From contig CDMY01000534.1 in assembly GCA_001179505.1 (NCBI GenBank), positions 1-56,635 of the forward strand: a DNA stretch of 56,635 nucleotides. The letters run 5' to 3'. A model generated the notes under the pieces. That model ran no database searches, was not told the DNA's origin, and saw only the letters and a list, made by a program, of their open reading frames with translations. Below are positions 23,900 to 35,395 of the stretch, one piece after another. This stretch comes from Vitrella brassicaformis CCMP3155 (taxonomy: Eukaryota > Protista > Chromerida). Position 1 is the stretch's first letter; each line of letters opens with the position of its first letter. The translations under genes were made by a program, and so were the position numbers.

Positions 23900-25827
23900 A
23901 TGGAGCCAATGATCAAGTCGAGCAGGCTGCCAGTGCTGTCCCCTGTCCTTGCCCTCACACCTCAAGTCAAGCGGACGGCGAGGCTGTCAGGGCGAGGAGT
24001 GAGACGCCCTTCTCTCATCGTGTTTCAGGATGCCCTCCGAGAGCCTCAGGATGAGGAAGACACCGTCCTTGAGAAGGCTGAGGCTCTCCTGTCCCTGTCG
24101 TCCAAGAAGAGAGAAAGACAAGTGAGCGAAGAAACATCATGCAGGAGCAAATCCAGCATATTTGGTCCTCTGTAACACGCCCAGGCGGTCCAGCACATGT
24201 TTTGCAAGCTGTTGGGTGTTACTGAGAAGCACACGGCAACCAGCGAACCTTCACACGTTATTGGAGGGCCAAGCGATGGTCCCAGAGAGGTTCAGATGAT
24301 CAGTGAAGGACACGCAACGACAAAAATTTGGTGCCTTTCTCCACCTCCGGCTGCTCAAGGTTGGTGAGAAGAAGGGGAGACAATCGAATTATCGTCTCTG
24401 TCTGTATAGGTCAAAGCGGATCGCTGCTGAAAACTTGTCGGGTCGTCACTGTGTGGCCTACCGTCTCTCCCAACCGCGCCGAGCCGAGTGCAACTCCACC
24501 TCAGAGTCAGGCACAAGCTGTTCCGACTGACCAAAGAAGGAGACACTCCCTCCCCCAAACTCATGTCGACGCCGCGACAAAGCCGCCAGCAGCCCCCAGG
24601 CGTCAGTCGGTTCCAGTTGTTCGATGGACAAAGGTGCCACCACAACGCAGAGGGCAAGGAGGCACTCCAGCAGTCTCCATCAGACCAAGTGGTTTCGAGA
24701 GTCCAAGCCCCATCACGCCAAGGACTGACTTGGCCCTGGATCTTTCGCCGTCGGCCATTGAGAAGCCAGCCGACATCAGCGAGCACCAATGGCGAAAAGG
24801 GACTCTCACGCCGATATGCGAGGAGCAGTATCTTATTGACGACACGCCGCCAATCTCTGGCCACACCAGCCCTCGGCCTCAAACGCCACCTGTCGTCGGT
24901 GTCGAGGATGTTGCTTCGGTGGTCAGCTTGAGTCGAGACATGGACCGTGACTACTTCACTGCTCCGCCCACCGCGCCCGTCCTTGTCGAACAGAAAACTG
25001 TCAACGAGGACAGCCCTGTCGACCTCAGCCCACGGGGGCCTGACATTACCAGGCTGTCTAAAGCTTGGTCGTCTCCGATTAAACAGCAGACTGAGCTCCC
25101 GAGACACGCATCGAAAGCGGCGGGGGGAGGTAGTCAGAAGATGGAGGTTGCGGGGAAAAGACGGCACGTGGCATTGGTATCGGTGGCTGTACCTACGAGA
25201 GACAAGACCATCAAGCAGCCCATTCGATCTCAACCGAGTGTTCGGAGGTCATCGGCTTCCTTCTCGTCCCCCTCTCCATCCCCCTCTCCACCAGGAAAGC
25301 CGATGAAAAAACAAAAGGATACCCGTCCAAACGTCACGGCACGAATGGACGGGAGAAGCTCGAGCAGTCTGACGATCAAGGCTGATCCACAGCGTCGAAC
25401 CGAGCGCACTATGACCGCATTGGCATCGACACCCGGTCCGCAGCCCGAAAGGCTAAAGGCTGGACCGCTCCCATCCTTCGGTGGCTCTCAAGACAGTGAG
25501 GTGACATCAAGAGATGGATTCTCTCCCCGCTTCCCGGCCCTGAAGAGCGCATCGCATTCTTTACGCCTCATCGCAGGGGCCAAGGTTCTTGTGTCGGTTG
25601 GGGTTGCGCTTCGTCGAGCAGGTACCGATGCTGTCGAAGCGCCAGAGACAGGCACTTTGGCACCCGGCTTTGTGTCAAACACGCGAGATGCTGGCTTGAG
25701 GAGAGGCTGGCCACACCGACGATTGAGCGCAGAGGGGCACTTGTTGGGTCTCTCAAAACATCGTGCTGTTTGTGGCAAGGACGAAGCAGGGGACATTTTG
25801 CGTGGCCACGCTGTTTTGTCATCGTGA
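23900..25827 (+). CDS. Hypothetical Ser/Pro/Arg-rich, largely disordered protein; multi-exon
   Basis: First exon ends at a gtgagc donor (~24122). A phase-1 join CAA G|GT CAA leads into a ~1.4-kb open exon (24410-25827). No family motif. Confidence 0.55.
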
Positions 25828-26446
25828 TGAATATGTGAATGTTTTGTGAGCGTGTTGAAACGTTTCATACTCAACGAGGAAAGAATATGGATACGGAAGA
25901 TAGGTCGAAGAATCCTGGTATACCGAGCACAGTATTTGGTACGCTGTACCCGTAGCATTCGAGGTTGGGGAGACATCATCTCATCTCGCCGAAAGCGAAG
26001 CGCATCGCTCACCCATGAATCACTCATATGAGCTGACCTGCCGCCTCGATCAATCTTGGCTAGTCGTACATCACTCAGTGCCAATTTTCCGCTCACTTTG
26101 TAATCGGTCATTTATTGTATGTGCGATTCTTCTCCCTCTGTACTTCCCTCTCTACTTACACAAGACGAGTCTGCGCTTCTTTTTGTGTGTGTGGGTCTTC
26201 GTGTCTTTGTGTCTGTATATCCGAGTGAAGCCCTCAGGTGGCCGCGGGACATTGGTATCAAGAGCAGACCCGAGCGTCATGTTAATTTTTACTGTTTTCA
26301 GCAACACGGATAAATACTAAAAAAGTCAGTGAAAAAACTGTCGTCCAGCAATCACATTTTCTTCGTCATCGACGGAAAAAGGACGGAGAACGACATACTA
26401 AACCCGGCACCGAGAAGGAGAAGTGAGTCAGACGCATTCACCGAAG

Positions 26447-26899
26447 TCACTTCTCGTTCTCGAAATAAGAGCGCGTGATCCACGATAAGATGCCCGCTCT
26501 TGCCCCCTTCTTGAGGGCAGCAGGACGACCCTGACAGCGAACACAAGAACTCATTCAATCAATCGTCAACCCTGTATATGATAAACATACCATGTATTCG
26601 GAAAGTTCCTCCATGGCTCGCTCGGTGGGCAGCTCGAAAACGTACTCCTCGAATTTGTCCTTGTCTGGAAGGAATTCGCCTAGCTTGTCCTTCGGCCATT
26701 TTGGGCGGATCTCCTCGCCCTGAGGGATGCACCAAACGATCACAAATGGCGTCTTGCTGAACTTCATCGCTTTGCCGCATCTGAGTCTGCGAATCAAGTC
26801 CTCGTTGAACCCACTGGCCTCGTGGTTGGTGTCGGTTGTTGCCCGGAAGAGGTACACCGTATCGCCCTCCACGTAGCTGACCACACACACACACACAAG

Positions 26900-26943
<44 letters not shown>

Positions 26944-28844
26944 TGTGTGCATGGGTGATCGGCTATCTCGCACGACAGCAATGCAGTTATGGAACCGTAC
27001 AGCGAATCGATGTCCTTCTCAGAAGAGGGCACCCAGAATCCCTCCTCGTAGACGTTGTCGTACGTCTTCGCGTCGTTGCCCAAGAACACACGGGCCTCCC
27101 TCTTCGGCAGTTTGCTGCCCTCGAGTGTCAGCGTCCGCAGGAAGTGCGGCTTCTGAGTGCTTTCTTGACCTTCGTACATCCTCTCTGCCCGAGGGATGTT
27201 TCTGACGCGCTCCTGGTGCTTCTTGATTGGCTCGAGAGAGATCGGGTTTCTGGTGCAGGCCAGAAAGACGTTGACGAGACTCTCGAAGATCTTGCCTTTC
27301 TGTTGGCCTCCTGGTGTAGGGTCTTCGACAAAATCCAACTCGGACCTCAATTGTCCCTTAGACAGCGTCAAGGCCCACTGCATGCCGATGAAGCTCGACC
27401 GCCAGACGATCTTGGCATCGCTATAGCTGTAGTCGTCTCTTGAGCAATCGAGAGAGAGGAGCGCGCTCGCGGGGATGTCATCAGCTGGGATGCCTCTCGG
27501 ACCTTCTCCTGTCCATCGCCGTATATCGTTCAACTTGAGGCCCTGGAGGGCTCGACTGGCAGCAGTCCGGAGCTCTGGCAGCGGGTTGACGCCCTTCAGC
27601 AGCGGCAAGTAGTCACGAACGATGCCTCCCGCGTACATCCGAATCTGATCACATCATTATAACACACATCCATGAGCCATCATAACATCGCCAACAGGTT
27701 GGATGTGTGTTACGACCTCGTCGAGCTCGTCGGACTGATCAAGCCCTGTGGTGCCCTTGCTGCTCTCGAGCAGTGCATCGATCTCGCCGGAAGTCCAGAT
27801 AGGCATCACCAGGTCCACTGACGCGTACTTCTTGTATTCGTTGTAGTTGCTGGAAGGGAAGGAGAAAAATGAAATGATTCGGACATGCAGCACCCAGCTG
27901 CCTACTCCTTGCGACTCGATGCAGCCAACAGCGCCGGGCCCTTCCAAAAACGGAAGTCTTTCCCCTGAGATGGCCAGAGAAATCACAAAGTAATCACCCT
28001 TTTCGCGGATGAGACTTTCTCAGAGAAGGTCTCACCTCCCAGCCGTCGAGGAGCAGCCAGTTGCGCCTGCCCCTCTCGAGGCTGAAGATGACCTCATCAC
28101 GCTTTGCCGATGGGACACTCTCAGCCCGGAAGGTCTCACCAGGACCAGCAGTTAACTCTATGATCCGTGAATAGAGCCTCGACGTGTTGTCCTCGTATAC
28201 GATAGTCCAGCCGTCCTCCTCGTTCGTCTTGTGCTCAAGGTCCTTCTTCAGCTTGTGCTTGAGGCATGCCAAGAAGAAAAGAAGAAAATAGGACTTTCCT
28301 ACATGCGACACACACACGATGCCAACGAAACACAGGCATCATCTCCTGTCCAACTTACCGACTCCAGGTGAGCCCCTCAGGAGAGCTTGAAGGCCAGGCA
28401 CATCCAGGGGACGCTTGTCGGCGATGTCCATGATGATCCGCGCGATGTCGACGTAGGCCTTGTGAACGATGAGTGTCCTTCCGGGCGCCACAGTGATTTC
28501 GGTGCCGACCAGGTGTTCTTTGTCAAGATCTTGCGGCTCGACCTCTTCCCAGAATCTCTCGAGCTGTTCTCCTGTCAACCGCCATATATCCCTCATGGGA
28601 TCTTTGCGCTCTGGTCCTCTTTCAGACACATGCAGCTGAAGGAACAAAACAAAAACACTGGTTTCGGAGAAGCTACACAACTGAATTCAAGCACACATAC
28701 CTGTGTCTGATGGGCGTGGTGGTGAGCTGGAGTGCCCACCGGCACTTCTGCGGGCATGAGGAAGGCAGCGGGAGCTGGAGCAGGAGGCGCGTGGCGCTTC
28801 CCATGAACCACGACAACGAAGAAGCAAAACGCTACCTTTGCCAT
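26447..28844 (-). CDS. Crinkler/RHS-type (CR) NTPase + restriction-endonuclease-fold effector, hydrophobic leader; multi-exon
   Basis: Spliced Walker A LLRGSPGVG|KSYFLLFFL, Walker B WLLLDGWE, ALLAASSRK|DNYNEYKK, LVMPIWTSGEI, YAGGIVR, GKIFESLV and REase-like WVPSSEKDIDSL|YVEGDTVYLFRATTDTNH. Phases check at each join. Confidence 0.85.
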
Positions 28845-29263
28845 CGAGCATCCATTTCACGACCCCCCCAAAAGCACCAGTCGGGGGAGTGCTCTAGACT
28901 ACTTTTTTTCCGCGTACGATCGGTGCTTCCGGGGTTGCCAATCGACAGTTCGCCGAAGAAGACAACACAGACACACGAAAAGACGCCAGAAAAGCGCATG
29001 CAGCCCCCACTCCCCCTTCAAATCAGTCCGACGTGCGGAAGAGAGGGAGAGAGAGCAGCGTCGGAGGCCTCGTAAAGGGCCCTCACGCACACGGCGAACA
29101 GAGCTCGGGTGAGAAACACACAGCATGGCGATATAAAGCAGACTTACCTCGTCATTCTTGACGTGTATGTGTGCCAGATCAGTAGCCAGAGAGCGTTGGA
29201 GGTGAGAGGACAGTCAGCCTCTCGAGTAGCCAGAGCAGCGTCAGAGGTGAGAGGACATTCAGT

Positions 29264-30087
29264 TTGTGGTGTATCACCCAGGTATTACCTGTGATCGTTA
29301 CGGTATTACTCTTTTCTGGTGGCGTAGGTTTCGTACGGACGTTCGGTCGGTCACTGCCCAAGGTGCGAGACGGTGTGTTTCATATGAGACAGACGTTCCA
29401 AGACGAACATGTAGAAGAGAACACAGACAACACCATGACAAACATGTACGAAAACACGTAAGGACACGCAACAGAAACCATCGATTGTCAACAGGCCAAG
29501 ACACCGAGGCGTCTGGACATGCACATCGTATCAAATCACACGCAAAAAGGTGAGAACAGTCCTGGCGATCAATAGAGAGACACATACAGCACTGGCACGG
29601 ATGCAGACAGAGCATGAGCATTGCAACACGACAGAACGACAAGCAGGACAGCTAATAGTAAGCCAATAAATATACACATGCACTGCACACATATACACAA
29701 AAAAAGGACGGTGAGGCTTACTAAAACGGGCAGACCTCTGAGTCGAACACAGCGAGGACTTGATGAGCGGGCAGTCTCTCTATCAGGGCCTCGACATTTG
29801 ATCCTGACACCTTCCTCGGCCCACACACAAACGCCACATACACACACACACACACACACACACATCCACCCAAACCTCCCACACAGCGACGCCTCTCTCT
29901 CTCTCTTCTGTGTGCAGAGTTCAGCGACGCCATCGATGCAAACGACAAGGACGCCGTCCAACTGTGGGCTGCTCTCGCCAAGGCCGATGGCCAGTCGGTT
30001 CTGGGCAAGCTCCTCAAGAGCGTGGCCCCCAACAAACTCGACATCAAGAAGGCCAAGGACATCAAGAAGAAGATGGACAAGAAGTGA
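29264..30087 (+). CDS. Hypothetical protein; only the last Lys-rich exon (29918-30087) is well supported
   Basis: gtgcag acceptor then EFSDAIDANDKDAVQLWAALAKADGQSVLGKLLKSVAPNKLDIKKAKDIKKKMDKK* with strongly coding codon usage. Upstream exons are uncertain. Confidence 0.4.
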
Positions 30088-31190
30088 TTCCACACACACA
30101 CACACACACACATATCTCCTCATCGGTCATTTTGTGTTGACGCCCTGGCTTGCCATCGTTTTAGTCTGCACCTCCCGGCCGAACCACACCTGCTCTGCCT
30201 CTTCATGCTTGCTCGTGCTGCGCTGCGCTGCGCTGTGCCGTGCTGTGCTCTGCTGTGCTGTGCTGTCTGCTCGTCCTCGTGCCTGCTTCATGCTGCGTAT
30301 TGGTCACCCTACACCACACACACACAGACACACAGACACACAGAATTGCATGATCTGTGATGTGCCGTGCCTTCTCTTTAATCAAGCCACTCACTCACCT
30401 TCATGCTGTTCCATGATGGGATGCTTCATGTATGGACACACCTCCCCATTCTCCTTCAACAGCGCTGTCACCTGTGGGGGTCGTGCATCGCGCTCAGCTC
30501 GGTGGGCGCCTTACTTGTCGCAGCAGCGGTTTCAGGAAGCACCCTAGGCGGCCTGACGGCCAAGTCCTTTTTCGGTCTGTTCCAACATGAAAACACGCAC
30601 CCTAACATGCAAGACAGACACGCAACACGCAGCACGCGGAGCGCGGGACCTTTTCTGTAGCTGATTCCGTTGCGGTTCTGCTCGGACACGTCAAGACGTC
30701 ATTTGCCGTCCCGTTGCGTGTGCTCCAGCAGATCTCGAGGTGGCTCTTCCGATCTCAAGCACGCTCCCAACCATCATTCACGAGACAGTCAGAGTCAGCG
30801 CATCTGTGAGTAAAGCCAATGGGCGCGGTGAGCGCTTCTACGGAAGGGAATCTCTCCCAACCAACCTCACTGACTCGCCTTGCTTCAGTGTGTCAAGCTG
30901 AATAGCTTCGAAGCGAACAGGAAAAAACGGCTAGCAGCAAACCCTGATCGCAGCAAAAACGTCTATGCATTCTTGTGCATTTACACGGCCGTTATGTTTT
31001 TGACAACAAAAGAGGCGGGGGAAGGCTTCGCGGGCACGATGACGGGGATGGAGGGGCTGCACAGGCGATTATTGACACATTTCCTACCCCTCTGCAGCGT
31101 GTTCGTGACAACCATTGCACAACCTGCCAACAGCAGCCCCTCCATCCTCTGCGGAGAGACCACCTCACCACTCTGTCCCCTCGCCAGTGC

Positions 31191-31275
31191 CCACGCGGCC
31201 GTCCACACTGCTGTGCATGCTGCTCTCGCGCCAGTCGTTGCTGAAGCGCTGCCCGACAACCCCCACGGCGTGCTC
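31191..31275 (+). repeat. ~80-bp dispersed direct repeat (partner 49235-49313)
   Basis: The 65-nt core ctgtgcatgc...gtgctc matches 49249-49313 with one mismatch. Confidence 0.9.
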
Positions 31276-31361
31276 CGACGGCCATTGAAGGGGTCACGGA
31301 GGCCGTCTTTCGTCAGCTGCGGGGGTTCGATGTCGCCGAGTCCCTTCCGTATGTCATTGAG

Positions 31362-33528
31362 ATGGCGGGGCCGAGCGTCAGCATCGTCGCCGGGAGCTCG
31401 CCTGAGGCCCTCCTGTTCACAATCGACACGACAGTCATCCTCGAAGACGGCCTCATCTCTCTCAACACGACCACCAGCAAAAGCAGTGCCGACATGGACA
31501 CAGCCGATTTCGGCGTCATGGTGGCCGAGATGGACACGGAGCATCCGCAAATCGGCGTCAGTCAGGACGGCACGAACGTGGCGCTTGCCCTTCCTAGGCG
31601 GCACGGGAACAGCACAGAGGGCTCAACAAACGACCAGCCGGGAATGCTCAAGTCCCTCAGCGCCTACCAAGACGCCATCGATGCGCAGCAACGAGCAACG
31701 GTGGAGAGGCGGGAGCTGCAGCGTCACAAGCGCCGTGGGCAGACGCAGGCCTTCCTGCCTTCCGCCCTCACTGACCCCGTCATTCCCGCATCGCTGGACG
31801 CCGGCAAGCTTGTCAAGCCTCCCATCACCGAGGCGCCCACTCAGGAGAAGGTGCCCAATCTGCTGGTCCCCACTGTCGTGCCGGGCCAGGAGGGTGTGTT
31901 GCCGCGATTTGATGAACTCTACGATGCCGTGCCCAACACCAATTGTGAGCCTTGCCAAACACATGAATCACGGGTCGACCATCATTTCCCGTGCGCCATT
32001 TGATACCTGTATCAATGAACACATGATCTCACTTGCGTGTGCGTGTTGTGACAGTGGGTGACGCGTTGAGGGCAATTGGTATCCCAATCACACAGCGATA
32101 CGTCAACAGCACTGTCGGGCAAGTGCAGAAAGCTATTGGTGACATTGTCAACACAATCGAGGTCAGTCCCTCCCCACACAGATGGAAGGCAAAGAAACGA
32201 CTGTTTGTTCTCTCTTGCAAACAACGTTTGCGTCTTTTGGCCCGTCTCAGGAATTTGCCACTGCCTACCTGACTGAGGAGAACCTTGATCGACTGGAGCT
32301 GGAGCCGATTGTGAGTGGGATTGAGCGGGCAACGGTTGCTTTGTCGCCTCTTTATCAAGTCAATGACACGGACCCAATATGGACGTTTGCAAAGTCCATC
32401 ACCGAGAACGTCTGGCAGGCCTCAGAGCTGGTCGATCGCCAAGAGGCCCAGCGGCTGGTGGACGACGAAGTGCAGAACCGCCTGACCGATGCAATCGCGT
32501 AAGGCATGGACCCATGTGGGTCCGTAGTGGAGCAATAGCTGAGTCCACCGGCTGTGGTGTGCAGGTGCGCGATTATCGGCAACTCCAACTCCGAGAAATG
32601 TCCTGTGGACACGGCATTTCCCGTGTTTGGCGAGCCGAGCGCCACCACGCCCACACCTGGCGGAGTCCTCAACTCATTCGGATTCTTTCGTAAGCCGCTG
32701 ACGACCGAAGGACACCGTCCGACACAAGTGGATATGCGCGTGTGTCAAGAGTACATTGAGGTTAGCGGTTTTGTGCCCCTTTGCCAGCCCGTCAACTTTG
32801 GCGGTGGGGTGGGCTGCATTGTTGGTCGATCGCTCGAGCCCGAGCAGTTCGATGGCCTCTACACATTTGACGTGCTGGATGAGGCCGGCTTCCCGATCTA
32901 TGCCAAGGGTTTGGCTTTTACTGGCGAGATAGTCGACTTTCCGGCCGACCAGTCCGCAAACAGTCTGCTACTGTCGCGCACGCCTGGCGAGGTCGGGTCC
33001 AACGCCTTCCTTCCTGAGTTTGGCACATTTGGTCAGCTTTGGTCATGATTGTGACTGATAGTCTTATAGTCGCGCTTAATGGAATACTGATGTTTTGAAT
33101 TATCTCCTGTCCACATACACCAATCATCACATCTCATGCAGGTACCATCACAGTCAACGTCGACGACTTCTCGGTACGCTCGGGGCGGGTGGCTGTGTCC
33201 AGCGATGCGAGCCTTTCTCCATGTGTGTGCGCAGCAAATAGGTTTGGGTCAGCGTCCGCCGTTCGCATCGACGACAGCGCGGGAGGGCGAGAGCATCGCT
33301 CCCATAACGTGTGACGCCGTGGACCCGTTTGGTGGAGATGGCTTTCCTTTGTGCCTCTCCGGCGGCACGTGGATCCTTGGCCGTGCCGGCTCCGGCACCT
33401 GCACAGGGCTGCTTGTCCAGGGCGGCGCATCATGCATCTTCGGGTTGCCCAGCCCGCAGACGGAGGAAGTGTCCATTACACCGGTCGATTGCCCGGAAGG
33501 ATTGCCCTCCCCATACCCAAGACCATAA
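31362..33528 (+). CDS. Hypothetical multi-exon protein with Cys-containing C-terminal region (5' end unresolved)
   Basis: Chain of protein-like exons (31362-31945, ~32053-32161, ~32251-32499, ~32565-33030, ~33142-33528) with GT-AG flanks. No family recognised. Confidence 0.55.
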
Positions 33529-34570
33529 ACCAAGAGATTAGAAAATCGATGGATGGTATGAATGAATGCATGCGTGTGTTCCTGTTCATGATGGCCGAGT
33601 GGGGGTTTCGTGGGTTTTGTAGTTAGGCCACTGTGCTCTGCTTGATGCTTCCATGTGTGCGCGTGGATCTCTAAGGCACTGATACACGCCTACTCATGGG
33701 TCTGTATGTGTGTCTGGCGCCAACTTGATGTCCTCTCTCATTGGTGGTCTGTCCGGTCATGTCATCCTCGTGTGTGTGCGCGTTGTGACAGTGTGTGTGT
33801 CCGTCGTTTGCCGGCCGTTCTGGTGGTAGAATTTGCGGATGCACAGCCAGCCATTTCCCTCTCTCTCTCGCGCACTCTGTCTCACTCTGTCTCTGTCCAT
33901 CTGGGTGGCAGATGCAGTTAGGAGGGAGGCATGTCGAGAGCTTTGTACATGACTGTTTTCAAGCGGGTTTCTCTCTGTCTGCTGTCGCTGTCATGATGAG
34001 TGTGGTCGGCGGCGCAGGCATGGTGCTGGTACAGAAGCTTTGTTGCACGATTGGGTGGAAAGGTGTTTTTTCATCCGATCGTGTGGTTTGTGGTCCTGTC
34101 TTGAATGCGCACAGGTGTCTCACCTGATAAATGAATGATGGGCTTGTGTGCTACAAGCGATCATCAGCTGTGACTCGACAGCGTCGCAAGAGCGTGTGAC
34201 TGCTCAGACACATGATGTTGATATCCATCACATGTGAATGTGTGATGCCTCATGCACAGCAATGCATCAGTCAGTGAGGGTGGAAATCTAAACCTAACCG
34301 CTGTTGAGGAAACGATGCGTCGGCCCGCAGATGGATAACCTCGGCTATAGCCTGATTGGTTTCTCAACAACCGCTAACCCTACGTTGGGGCGATGCACGA
34401 CCCCCCGCTGAACGTGCGTGACCGGCATTTGTACAGCTGGTCTCTATGCTCCTTCGTTTCGTCGTGTCACCGCATCTTGCAACTTGTCTTGCAAAACTAA
34501 TACCTCTAGTGCATGGTGTACCGCCAAGAGGCGACCGTTAACGCACGAACTTTGCGTGCAGCACTCGAGA

Positions 34571-35256
34571 ATGTCGGGGAGCAGGTACACTCTATCACGA
34601 CGCACAGGATCACACAACCTCCATTTCACTCACCTGTCTTCCCGTTGTGTCTGTTAGCAACATCGTCATCGTCCTCCTGGTGGTCGGCCTGTCGATGGCT
34701 GCCGGCGGGAATCGCACTAGCATCAGGCGCCTGGACGAGGATGTGGACGAGTGCGACAGCAGGGAGGGAGCGCCTTGCAGCTCTCCCTATGCACGGGTAA
34801 AGAGTCTGAACGCAGACAAAGCGAGTACATAACGACAAACTGCGCTTGGTCTGTGGTCTGTCAGGTTCCCAACGGTTGCAGCAGGTGGCCCGACACGTGG
34901 GGGAGCGTCAACTTCACAGAGGTGTGCAACGGGCACGACCGCTGCTACTATACGCTGGGTAGGAAGGGCAGAGGAATCGGTGGCCGAGGAAAAGGACATC
35001 ATGTGTCTGTTCCTCCTCAATTGATGGCCTCCTTTGCTTCTCAGGCTCGGATGCCGATCAGTGCAACGACGACTTCCGTGAGGGTCTCATCAGCGAATGT
35101 GAAAGAGCCGTGACATCCCGCCCCGTGTTGTTCGCCTGTAGAACCCTCGCCATCACGATGTACACCGCCGTCGCCGCCACGGCCGGCTTCTACCACACTC
35201 GCGCGCAAGAGCGGCAGAAGCTGCATGAAAAGTGCTGTCCTGAGTGTTGTGGGTGA
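34571..35256 (+). CDS. Secreted phospholipase A2, microbial/fungal-type; 4 exons
   Basis: MSGSS|NIVIVLLVVGLSMAAG signal. VPNGCS..NFTEVCNGHDRCYYTLG|SDADQCNDDF contains the His-Asp C-x2-HD-x-CY motif, followed by C..A..MY.AV. Phases are consistent. Confidence 0.85.
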
Positions 35257-35395
35257 GGGGGTGAGGTGCATGGTGGATGGGCATCAAGACTAAGACTGCT
35301 GTGGCCGTAGCTATGGCATCCTCGTCTGTTCCTGTAGCTGTCTGTCCGAGCCTACTCTCTCGTAGGAGTGCCTCGTGCTGTCCTGTCTGGTGCCT

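Noticed and set aside
26880-26942. (CA)n/(GA)n and similar microsatellites (also 11655-11730, 36843-36872, 45680-45745, 46625-46715, 49893-49917)
   Set aside because: These are ordinary intronic or intergenic simple repeats for this genome. They generate spurious CVCV/HTHT ORFs.
30743-30755. gctcttccgatct, matching the Illumina adapter core
   Set aside because: Only 13 nt match and the flanking bases do not continue the adapter. It could be chance; raw reads would settle it.
30880-32061. 393-aa ORF overlapping the 31362 gene in another frame
   Set aside because: Beyond ~31280 it is an off-frame Ser/Arg/Pro-rich shadow. Only its 5' part might be a real leader, and I could not resolve the join.
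34280-34385. ctaaacctaacc and ctaaccct telomere-like words
   Set aside because: They are isolated and degenerate, not a tandem array.
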